DNA from: Chromera velia
Taxonomy: Eukaryota
Assembly (NCBI GenBank): GCA_018398765.1
Contig: JAHBMJ010000039.1
Coordinates: forward strand, 1-58,491
Length of the DNA: 58,491 bases
Direction of reading: 5' to 3'
In this document: positions 38,376 through 49,804 of the stretch, piece after piece
Numbering within the stretch: position 1 is the stretch's first letter
Layout: each line of letters starts with the position of its first letter
Translations under genes and position numbers: made by a program
Notes under the pieces: model-generated
What the model was told of the DNA's origin: nothing
The model's database searches: none
Seen by the model: the letters and a program-made list of their open reading frames with translations, nothing else

Positions 38376-39187
38376 CTATCTTGTTGTTTCAAAGGCTTCT
38401 TACAAATTTGAAGAGGATGGAGGCTGAAGCTATAGGCTGGTCAAGAACTGGTGCAGACGAACGATGCAACAGCATGCAAGACGCCAATCGTTTTGGAGGA
38501 TGGAGAACTGATCTTGCCGCGCCTGTTTCCGAGCTCAGTGTCTTGGCTGTGAGGCGATCGCTGGCAATTGAAAAGCAGGACTCAGAACTGAAAAAAAGAA
38601 AAGGTTCTCTGTACGCAGCATCCATGTCAAATCATGCAAGGCATCAAAGAAAACACCTCTTATATTTGCCTCGATCGGGATGCATATGCAGTACGTTCAA
38701 TGTCTTCCGTACGTATCGGTAGGCCAATTCAGAAGCGACGGTGAAGCTGTACAGCTATATCGGGGACCGGCCAACACTTCGCGCGGCCGAGCGCGCAGCC
38801 ATGCGCGGCCTGGGTAATAATGCATGGAGACGCGGCCATGCATGCAAAGACGGAAGGAGACGGGGGAAAACGCGAAGGAATGATTATATAGTCACCGTAT
38901 CCCTTCGTTCTGTTTCAAGACATCTTCAAGCTCCAGCCGCGGCAAGCATCTGCCAGAGAAAAGTGTCCACCTCTCTTCTCCTGTTTCCTCAAAGCACTGC
39001 GATCAACCTGATCCTGCAGAGACGGGCGCTTGAATTTGAGGCCGGACGGAGCCTTTGAGTTGAAGGCCTTGGAAAGACTTTTCCAGAGGAGCTCCAGCTT
39101 GCCTGTGATTCTGCTTTGCTTGTTCTGCACGTTTCTATTTAATCTTCCGACTGCAGCCCGCCCTCATTGAATCTCAGTCCTCTCAAA

Positions 39188-42100
39188 ATGGCGACAGAGA
39201 ACGAAGTACAGCGTCAGGAGATTGAGAGGTTGAAGAGACAGATATCCGAAATGCAGCACCACACCACCACGATGAGAGAAGACTCTTACTTCTATGCGAG
39301 CCAGGTTGCGAGGAAGCCTCCAGTAGATCGAAAGGACCCCCGGTTCCCTTCGTGTGGCCTCCCCGGGAGATTCGTGAAGCAGCTAATCGTCAACACCCAC
39401 CTCCTTGACTCGAACGAGTACCTCAACACCAGCTCCTACGTCAACGTCGTGTTCGAACCAGAAGAATCTGAAATTGCCAAACTAGGGCTGTCTATCAACA
39501 TTGCCGATCAGACAGTGTATCCCTGGACGTTCCGTCTCCACGACGATGTGGTCAACATGATTGCCGACCTCTGGCACTGCCCCCGTCTCCCTGCAACGAT
39601 TGCTGCAGGAGTCTTTGCGGGTGCAGGCACAGTAGGATCCACAGAGGCCTGTCTCCTCGCCGGCCTGGCTCTGAAGTTCAGGTGGCGCACGTGGTACGCG
39701 CAGCAGAAGGGGCTCAGTGAAGCTGAGGTGCGTCACGCCTGTTCAAATGAAATATAGCACAGGTCGAGCTGAGCTCCGATTCGGGTTGCGCCGGCGGTAT
39801 GTGAGGAAAAAGGAATGGCCTCAGTGGGATTGAAGTTGATGATTTGCTTCCCGTGGGAGCTGTGTTTTGGGTACTCCGTCTGCACGCACCTCCATCCACA
39901 ATGCACTCGAAAGTTCCTGCGGGCTGCCTCTCCCGACTCCTTTCTGTTTACACCCCTACCCCCCCGGAATTCTTTCCACAGGTGCTTGTATCCGCCCATG
40001 TTTCCATTACGGATCTTCTGGAAACCCATCCGTGCGTGCATTTCGCCTGCTTGATGATTCCTCTTCTCATGTCTTCTCTTCGCTCCCGCCCTCTAACTTG
40101 CCTCTCCGTTCTCTCTCTGAAAAGTTTCCCTTGGGTCTCCAAACTCCCCCCCCCCTCCATTCCCCAAACAACCTGATGCACACACATGAAGTTGTCCCTC
40201 CCTCCCTCCCTCCCTCCCTCCTTTTATCTCTGCAGGTCCGCAGAGAGTACCCAAACATGATCATCTCATCCATGTACCAGGCCTGCTGGGAGAAACTCTT
40301 CAGGTACGTACCTCAGGGGGGAGGGGGAATCGGTGATCATTTTTTAATTTTTTCGGTTTCCAGTCTGCCCCCATGTGTTTGTTTTTGGGACTCTTTGTGT
40401 TTTTCGCCCTGCCACTTTTCAGGCCATCGATCGATGAGCATCTCGATCGAGAGCGATTCCTGAAAGGTGCCGAGAGTGACGTGTGCAGTCCACAGACGCA
40501 TTACCCGCCGGGTAGAGAGACGCGCGCACGCAACAGATGAATAGACAATCACGGAATCATGTAGTACAGATATGCGACACTATTCCCGTTTTCCTGTCTG
40601 CCATGAAGACCGACCCCTCCCTCCCCCGCGCCACGCATACAGATACCTTGACATCGAGCCCCGACTGGTGCACCCCCGCTCGAACGAGATGGCCATCACA
40701 GCCGCCGACGTGGAGCCTTTCATAGACGACCACACGATTGGGGTCGTGTGCATCCTTGGAAACCACTACAGCGGTCACTACGATCCTGTGAAGGAGGTCG
40801 ACGCTCTTCTCCAAAAAGTGAACGAGAAGAAAAACCTGCAGGTGGGTACGTGGGAGGGAGGGCGGGGTGGAAGGAAAGCGGTGGGCGTGAGAAGCTGGAC
40901 AAACCTCGGGGGGTCCTTTCATTCATTCATTCATTCAGGGTCTGCAGGACACAAGCGTTTGGATGAATGCTTCAGCATTGGATTTCGAAGGCACAAAAAC
41001 GAATGGAATGTTGGTTTTTGGATGGATAACGTGTCTGTCTCTTTTTCACTTTCAAGGTGTCCATATGAGAGAGAATCCACGTGACTCTTCCCTTTGTCCC
41101 TTCCCCTCCTTTGGTGACTTCCTTCCTCTTTGTCCCTCGATCAAGCAAGCAGGTAGGCATCCATGTAGACGCAGCCAGTGGAGGGTTCATCGCCCCCTTC
41201 CAGGAGGACGTGGAGGAGTGGGACTTCCGGCTCCCCAACGTGCTCTCCATCTCTACATCGGGTCTGTCGGTGTGAGTGAAGCCTTTGTGCTGAACTGGTT
41301 GCACGTGTACACATGCGTGCACACACACCCACCCCGATTCTACTTACATGTAGCTGTCGCTCTCGGTCTGTATGCATATGGAAGTGTCTCTCCCTGTACG
41401 TGGGTCTGCTTCTGTGCCGGAGTGGTTGTTGAAATGAGGTCCCCCGATTCGACGCAAAACTGGAGGGGGGATTTGTGGATGTCATTCGTCTTCACGGATT
41501 ACAGCAAGAACCATTCCTGTCTGTTTGAAATGATTCACGACGTTTTTGTTGTTTGTCCATGCAGGACACAAGTTCGGCGAATCCTGTTGCGGGACTGGTT
41601 GGGTTGTGTGGAGACAGAAGGAGGACCTCTCGGAGCACGTGTCCTGCTCTGTGACGTATTTGGGGGGACAGGGAGACTCGTATACGCTGAACTTCTCCAG
41701 ACCCGCATCGGGCATCATGGTTAGTTCCGTGGATTCATACCTTTATTTTGTTTTTCCTCTTCGCTTCCAAGCTCCCTCACGTCTGTGACTTTGCATGTTC
41801 TTAAATGAATGACTGCCCTCGAGGTGTTTTTTGCCTTGCAGGTTCTAGCTGGCTCATGCCTGTAATGCAAATGACTCTCTGCACCGTTTACATCTCCCCC
41901 GTAGCCAGCAGAAACTCACTGAAGCTGATTGTTTGGCCGTCTGCCTTTGTGTGCACCCGTCCATCCATAGAAGATGTTCCCCTCCTCTTTTTGTTTCTTC
42001 TCTCTCTTGCTTTGCTGCAGGTCCAGTACTACAAGATCCTGCGCCTCGGTAAAGAGGGGTACAAGGCGAAGGTATGTTCGTCCTCTCAGTCCATCGTTTG

Positions 42101-43668
42101 GTCTTTCTTTTCTTCCCTTCCTCCCTCCCTGCTGGCCTGCACACATATCTCTCTGCACCTGTGTGGTTGCCGGCCTGCTGTTCGCCTTTCTTCCCGCTCA
42201 TCTGCCTGCCTTCATGCCCACTCAGGCCGGACTTTGTTTCTATCACTCGTCAACTCTCCTATCCGTGCCCTTTACATTGGATCTCAACTGCACATTAAAT
42301 TGTGTGTGCCTCTTTTGACCTCGCAAGAAAGACTCACGATGGCAAGTTTTTCGCGGTTCACTCTTTCTCCCTCTCCTCTTTTCCTTTCTTCAAATGTATC
42401 TCAATGCCTGCAACAATAACTCTATACTTCTTCTTTCCCATTGGTCTCTTGCTTGTTTCAGGTGAGGAACCAACACCTTGTGGCAAAGCAGATCAGAGAC
42501 GGGTTGAAGCGGATGAAGTGCGGGGACGCCCCCAGATTCCGGATCCTCGATGCTGGGGACTTCAACTGCCTCCCTGTCGTGACTGCGATGCTCAACCCCG
42601 ACCTCAAACTCCCATACGACGACATCGACCTCCAACACACCATCGGTCAGCCAGTCAGGACGATTTGGGTGGGGTTTTTTTGTGCGGAAGGAAAAGCTCT
42701 CTCCGCACTTGTATCCTGTTGGAAAACTTTCGAGTGTGTGACTCTGCATGTGCATCCACGAACATGCCTATGATATCCTTTATAGTCCTGTACGCCTAGC
42801 GAAGAGCAGCCCTTCATTTCTTTGCTCAGTATTCCCTTGTGCAGTCATCCGCATTCGGAAACAGGTTTTTTGACCCGTCACACATGGGCAGGTAGTTCGA
42901 AAGCTGCAGAATGAAAACAGACCATTCCGGTTGGTCTGCTGTTCTGAAAAAAAGTTGCGAATGCGTCAAGAGTGAATGAATTTCTCCGGTTGATCTGAAA
43001 AGGCAGCGTCTCTGGGAACGAAATGCACTTTTAAGGAGAGGCTCAGTTACCTGCTTCTGTTGCTTTTTCTGTCTGTGAACGAACAATTGACTGCAGGGGA
43101 CGACGACCAGTGGTACGTGTCTGGATACAGAATGCAGTTCATGCATTTTCTTCTGTATGAAAGAATTCTGTATGAAAGAAAATGCCTGCAGGAGACGACC
43201 AGTGGTACGTGTCTGGATACAGAATGCAGTTCATGCATTTTCTTTCTGAAAAAGAATTCTGTATGAAAGACAATGACTGCAGGAGACGACCAGTGGTACG
43301 TGTCTGGATACAGAATGCAGTTCAACCACCCGCACACAGAGGAACTATGCGCGCTGTTCAAGGATATGATTGGTAGGTCTGTGCGCCTGTACTTCTGCCT
43401 CTCTGACTGTGTGTGTGCGTCTTCCGGCCTCCTTCCAAGTTGTTGGACGGACTTTTCTGTTCGATCTTCGACTGATTGATCGAGTTATCTTCAGATTGGA
43501 TCTCCGATTGGGCGTCCCTAATCTGAGAAGAAGAAGAAGAAGAAAACGTGCAGTCTGTCTGCCTGGCTATCAGCCTGTACCCGTATCCACCCTCCTTGAC
43601 CTTGACGTCACCCGATGTCCTTCGGTGTTCTTTTTCTTCTTTGAGAGCTGGCTTTTCAATTGAGCCGC

Positions 43669-43706
<38 letters not shown>

Positions 43707-44138
43707 CTTGCAGGAGAGCAGACGATGTTCCGCATTGTGTGCAAATCCAACCTGACCCTGGACATGGCGGATGCCCTCGTTGAGGTCATCGAGAGAGCCG
43801 TCGGGTGGCTGGACTGCCACGTATCCCACAGCGTCTCCATGTTCACACTCGCAGAACAGGAAGAACAGAACGGGACCGAAACAGCAGACAAGCTGCGGGA
43901 CTCCGATATCCCTCCGTCTCCCCCGTTGCCTCCTCGCATTGCTTCTGCACCAAGAATGGCTCGTCGGACTCGCAGAGAGACGGCACCTCTTCTCCGCACG
44001 GCCATGTCTGTAAGTCCAGACGCCTTCCCCGATCTTCTGGAGGGTGCGGGTGCCCAGTCACTCGTGTCTACTCCCCGCATGTCGAAGCCCCGATTTGGAA
44101 GGACAGGATCTGCCATTGTGGGTCATGTGGCATGCTGA
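39188..44138 (+). CDS. GAD: PLP-dependent glutamate decarboxylase (9 exons: 39188-39727, 40236-40303, 40643-40841, 41153-41261, 41565-41719, 42021-42071, 42462-42645, 43283-43372, 43714-44138)
   Basis: GAD motifs: [66 protein letters not shown] (PLP lysine), [20 protein letters not shown]. Confidence 0.93.
43083..43323. repeat. Triplicated acceptor + first 41 nt of GAD exon 8, separated by palindrome-derived inserts
   Basis: ctgcagg(a)gacgaccagtggtacgtgtctggatacagaatgcagttc occurs three times. The spacers are atgcattttctt...agaattctgtatgaaag(aaaatgc). Confidence 0.92.
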
Positions 44139-45233
44139 GTTGGAGGGGAAGGAACGGCTTTGGAAGGCAGAGGGGGGAGAGGAGGAGATTGTGGGTGTAG
44201 AAGGGAAGTGGGTGGGTCCTGTTTTGCATTTCAGAGTCACAGGCAAAAGGCGGATAGTGTGCGTGTCTTGTTTGGGTGGGAAAATATGCAGGCAGTCTCA
44301 GCATTGAAGGTTGGTGGAAGAAGCGAAGGAGGGAAATGAAAAAGCCTGCAGGTGAGGTTCGTCAACAAGGGATTCAGTACTGGTTCATCCAGGAAGTTTC
44401 TATTGGGAGAACTGAGTGAAACCGTTGCTCTCTTCGTGTTTCTGTCTTTCTCTCTGTCTGTCTGCCTGTTGTTCTTTCTTTCTTTTTTTCGTTTTTCTTC
44501 TCTCTCCCCAACCGACCCCTCTTCTCCCCTAGCTCCAACTTTGCCAAAAACTTCACCACTGTGTGAGTGAATGTAGGATTCAGCCGAGTGAGTGCTGGCA
44601 TGCGTGAAGCGAGCTTGAGGTCAACGTGAGTGATTGATGTTGTAGGGTAGCGACAGAATCGGATGGAAAAATGACGGGGGGAATGAAAGGCTGTCATTCC
44701 TGCCGTCGGTATTTTCATCGGTCCATCTATTCATTCATTCTTCTACTGGGTGCGTGCTTGTCTTGTTAGACGTCTCTCTGGGGACTGCGCCGACCGCCCA
44801 AGCATCACAACAGGAAAGAGCTGTGTGTGTGCTGCAGCGTCATTTTCACTCAATCTTATTCCTTCCAGAGGACATTATTGTTTGGTGGTCTTTGTGGCAA
44901 AAGCGCAGGGGGTTGAGGAATCATGTGAGGTGCGATGGAGACGGTCCAGCCTGAAGAGAGTCTTTCTGTCTACTCAAGCGATTTGGAAGGTACATATTAA
45001 CGCATGATTGTGCTTTGTGTTTACGGTGTCACAGTGGCGCAATTCTCCGGTCAGGAATTTTGTGCATACATAGTGGAAATCATGCAGTGAAAATGAAACA
45101 AAGTAAATTTCAGACGAATGTAAGAAATTTTCTCATTCTGGCAACGCCAAAGAAGATGGGATTTCGGTTGGTTCGTTTTACGGGCCCTCTGCATACGCAC
45201 GTCTGTCTGTCTGTCTCTGTCTCTGTCTCTGTC

Positions 45234-45335
<102 letters not shown>

Positions 45336-45705
45336 ACTCTCTCCCTCTTTCTCTCTTCTTCCCCTTTTTCCGTTTATCATGAATGAAAGGTGTCATGTGG
45401 TGTTATGCAGAGTGCAGTTCTTCGGTTTGCCTTTTCATGGTTGAGAATAAATGATGCCGCTCAACGCTTGGTGTGATGGGCCATGTCGTTGCGAACATCT
45501 TCAAATGGCCTTCTCAATCTCTCTTAATCTAGGTCAAACACAAACAAACATTGCATGTCAAGCCCTGTGATTGGCCAGAGCCTAAGTGGTGGCTCAGCGG
45601 CTTTAACCGCCTCTCAATTCAATTCAATTTATACATAGTTTGTCAAAATGATTTTTAAGTAGATTTTTAATTTTATTTTTTTCCTCCGGTTTAGTACTCC
45701 AGTTA

Positions 45706-46110
45706 TTCCCTGTCTTGCCTTCAAATTGATAGTTCCGTCAAACAGTTTTGTGTGTCCACTTCCGTGTTTTGCCTTCAAATTTACAATGTATACACGAAGT
45801 TCATGAACCCTTAAGAAAAGTCCCGTCAAACCGTTTTGTATGCCCTTTTTTTAAAAAAGAAAAACATTTTGAATTGTTATTTCTCTGTTTTACCTTCAAA
45901 TTCACAAACTTGTCATTGTCAGGCTGTCAAACAGCTTTGTGTGTTCACTTCCCTGTTTTGCCCTCAAATTCACAGTCCTGTCTAGTCCTGTCAAACAAGT
46001 TTATGTGTTCACTTCCCTGTTTTGCGTTTAAAATGATAGTCCCGCCAGACAGTTGTGTGCACCCACTTCCCTGTTTTGCGTTCAAATTCACAGTCTTGTC
46101 AAACAGCTTT
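45706..46110. repeat. Degenerate tandem repeat of about 55 bp (6 copies)
   Basis: Recurring ttccctgttttgc(c/g)ttcaaat...gtcaaacag...tgtgt..cac. Confidence 0.8.
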
Positions 46111-47776
46111 AATATGCTCCACAAAATGAATGGCAGTCGATCCAAATAGCTAGCGCGCGCTTCAAACGCACGGGAATTAACAGAGGGCTGCACGCGGATG
46201 CACGTGGCGCCACAGTTCCGCGTATGCAGCGCGCGTGTACAATTGGATATACTAATAATATTGGATATGCGTACAATCGCTCATGTTAGTCCACTTTGTT
46301 TGCCCTACACAACTGACAGTTTAACAGTTTGAGCATTTTTTTAGAATGAAGGCTCCTCGGTTCCATAGGACGTGGAGCCTTGCAAACGACTTGGTTGACC
46401 AAGCCAAGATTGTGGAGGATTGTGGACATTGCAAGGTTTAACAGTCAATACTGAATCAACGGTCATCCACTGACCCCTGTGCTCAGTAGATGCAGCCACC
46501 CAGTCCACCGCTCACTTCTGCCTAATGCATACCTTACTTGTACATACGTCTATCACAAAGGCTTCCTGCAGCGTTACTTGCTTTTCACTTTTGTGAGTCA
46601 AGCTTGTTAGAGCTTTAAGCAACAGTTCCGTCTCCACTTCTCTCCACTCCAAGTCTTGAGTTCAAGACTTCTACCATGGCGGTCTATCTGCTTCTATTTT
46701 GGAAATCAAACACTTATTGTCATCTTATCTCTTCTTTTATGTGTGCAGGACCGACCACGAGCATCACAAGAGGCGTCTTTTGATTTTTTTGAAGACTGAT
46801 TTCCCTTTACTAGAATGACGAGTCAGTTACGTGCTTGCACTATAGTGCTTGTATCCCCCTTTGTGTGTGAAAAGGGACTTCTTGAAAGTTTAGAAAGCCA
46901 CGGAACCTATTTTCATGAATATATTGAAGCACTTTGTTGCAACTCTGAATAAGAAGGTCGTCGTCTTACGGATGGGTTGAATTTAAATTTATGAATCATG
47001 ATGAATCCGTACGCAATCGCACGTCGCACACACAAGCAGCTCTCACGCCTCCACTGTTTCTCTTCACTCCACTCTTTCACAAATGATCACCATGCTTTCC
47101 TATAAGCGAAAAGATATCTTTTGTTTTTTGTATAACCGGCTGCCGCCTTCCTTTCTTGCCTTCGTTCCTACCGACCACCAGTTACTGTAGGGCACACTAG
47201 AACACGCCTGGCACTAATACACAGTGTCACCCATACCTATCTCTCTCCCCTCAGAGTCTCTCACCCCACCTCTTCACTTTTCCAGTGATCATTCTAATGA
47301 TTCAAGCTGACGGATGATTTCACTTTCTTCATGACGCATGATGGACTTGGATGGTCGATCAGTTGATGCAACTTTTTGGTCAGGCGATCGAAATTCCCGT
47401 ATATATCAAATCACCCCTGACATCCGAATGTTGGGCGTTTTATGTGGTTCATGGTGGTGGTGAGGGGTCACCGCCGTGAAGGGCCCAACACTTCTGGTCG
47501 AGATACCCGTGGTGGTGGTGGCGCCGCGCCGCGAATGATGAAAAGGGCCCCCTCGTCTCCGCGGTGTCCAAGAGTCGTCCATTTCCTTCAGGGCGAAGCA
47601 GCGAAGGTCAGTCAAAACTTGACTCAAGGAAGCTGCTCGCATAGTGCATCCGCACGCAAGCTCTGAGAGTGGAAGAATTCACGGTAGACTGGATTGATTT
47701 GCCCGACAGTGACTGTAGCATGAATCAGTGAGCCAACGAGGAGATCTTAAGCATTCGTGTCCTTGCCCTTCGGCTT

Positions 47777-48404
47777 TCAGTCAGTCAGTCAGCCAGTCAG
47801 CGAGCCAGTCAGCAGTCAGTCGGCATGTACGTGTGTCAATGCGTAAGCCGTTCAGTCTGTCAGGCAGTTAGTCAGTCAGCTAGCCAGTCAGTTAGCCAGT
47901 CACGGTAAGCTATGCACAATCAGTCAGTCAATCTGTCAGTCAGCCAGTCAGTCAGCAGGCCAGTAAGTCACTCAATCTGCCACTGAGTATGTCAGTCATT
48001 CAGTGAGCCGGTCAGTCCGTCAGTCAGTCAGTCAGCCAGCCAGTCAGCCAGCCTGTCAGCAAGTCAGTCAGCAAGTCAGTCAGCAAGTCAGTCAGCAAGT
48101 CAGTCAGTCAGTCAGTCAGTCAGTCAGTCAGTCAGTCCAGCTATCAATCAGTCAGTCAGTCAGTCCGTCCGTCAGTCAGTCAGTCAGTCCAGTCAGTCAG
48201 TCCAGCTGTCAGTCAGTCAGTCAGTCAGCCAGCCAGCCAGCCAGTCAGTCAGCCAGCCAGCCAGCCACTGGCAGTCAGCCAGCCTGTCAGCAAGTCAGTC
48301 AGCAAGTCAGTTAGCAAGTCAGTCAGTCAGTCAGTCCGTCCGTCAGTCAGTCAGTCAGTCAGTCCAGTCAGTCAGTCCAGCTGTCAGTCAGTCAGTCAGT
48401 CAGT

Positions 48405-48436
<32 letters not shown>

Positions 48437-48609
48437 CAGTCAGCCAGCCAGCCAGCCAGCCACTGGCAGTCAGCCAGCCTGTCAGCAAGTCAGTCAGCAA
48501 GTCAGTCAGCAAGTCAGTTAGCAAGTCAGTCAGTCAGTCAGTCAGTCAGTCCGTCCGTCCGTCAGTCCGTCTGTCAGTCAGTCAGTCAGTCCAGTCAGTC
48601 AGTCCAGCT

Positions 48610-48640
<31 letters not shown>

Positions 48641-48656
48641 AGTCCAGCTATCAGTC

Positions 48657-48688
<32 letters not shown>

Positions 48689-48732
48689 AGTCCAGACTGA
48701 GTCAGTCAGTCCAGCTGTCGGTCAGTCAGTCA

Positions 48733-48770
<38 letters not shown>

Positions 48771-48970
48771 CAGCCTGTCAGCAAGTCAGTCAGCAAGTCA
48801 GTCAGTCAGTCAGTCAGTCAGTCCATCCGTCCGTCCGTCCGTCCGTCCGTCCGTCCGTCCGTCCGTCCGTCAGTCAGTCCGTCCGTCCGTCCGTCCGTCA
48901 GTCAGTCAGTTCAGTCAGTCAGTCCAGCTGTCAGTCAGTCAGTCAGTCAAGTAGTCAGTCAGTCAAGTCA

Positions 48971-49001
<31 letters not shown>

Positions 49002-49804
49002 CAGTCAGTTCAGTCAGTCTAATCAGTCAGTCAAGTCAATCAGTCAGGTCCAGTCAGTTATTCCAGTCAGTGAATCAGTCAGTCCAGTCAGTCAGTCCAG
49101 TCAGTCAGTCCAGTCACTCCAGCCAGTCAGTCAGTCAGTCCAGTCAGTCAGTCAGTCCAGTCAGTCAGTCAAGTTAGTCAGTCAAGTCAGTCCAGTCAGT
49201 CAGTCAGTCAAGTGAGTCAGTCCAGTCAGTCAGTCCAGTCAGTTCAGTCAGTCTAATCAGTCAGTCAAGTCAATCAGTCAGGTCCAGTCAGTTATTCCAG
49301 TCAGTGAATCAGTCAGTCCAGTCAGTCAGTCCAGTCAGTCAGTCCAGTCACTCCAGCCAGTCAGTCAGTCAGTCCAGTCAGTCAGTCAGTCCAGTCAGTC
49401 AGTCAAGTTAGTCAGTCAAGTCAGTCCAGTCAGTCAGTCAGTCAAGTGAGTCAGTCAAGTCAGTCAGTCAAGTGAGTCAGTCAAGTCAGTCAGTCAAGTC
49501 AGTCAGTTCAGTCAGTCAGTCAAGTCAGTCGGTCAAGTCAGTCAGTCTAGTCAGTCAGTCAGTCAAGTCAGTCAGTCAAGTCAGTCAGTCAAGTCAGTCA
49601 GTCAAGTCAGTCGGTCAAGTCAGTCAGTCAGTCAAGTCAGTCAGTCAAGTCAGTCAAGTCAGTCAGTCAGTCAAGTCAGTCAAGTCAGTCAGTCAGTCAA
49701 GTCAGTCAGTCAAGTCAGTCAGTCAAGTCAGTCAGTCAAGTCAGTCAGTCAAGTCAGTCAGTCAAGTCAGACAGTCAAGTCAGTCAGTCAGTCAGTCAAG
49801 TCAG
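47777..49804. repeat. About 2-kb (CAGT)n-derived satellite with CAGC/CCGT/CAAGT variants and higher-order duplications
   Basis: Direct inspection; for example the block at about 49010-49230 recurs at about 49245-49450. Confidence 0.95.

Noticed and set aside
38740..38900. TGCATGCA as an ApiAP2-type promoter motif in divergent promoters
   Set aside because: The motif is also common in introns in this window, so there is no positional evidence.
45706..46110. CRISPR-like repeat/spacer alternation
   Set aside because: The apparent spacers are related to each other and the repeats are degenerate, so this is a minisatellite.
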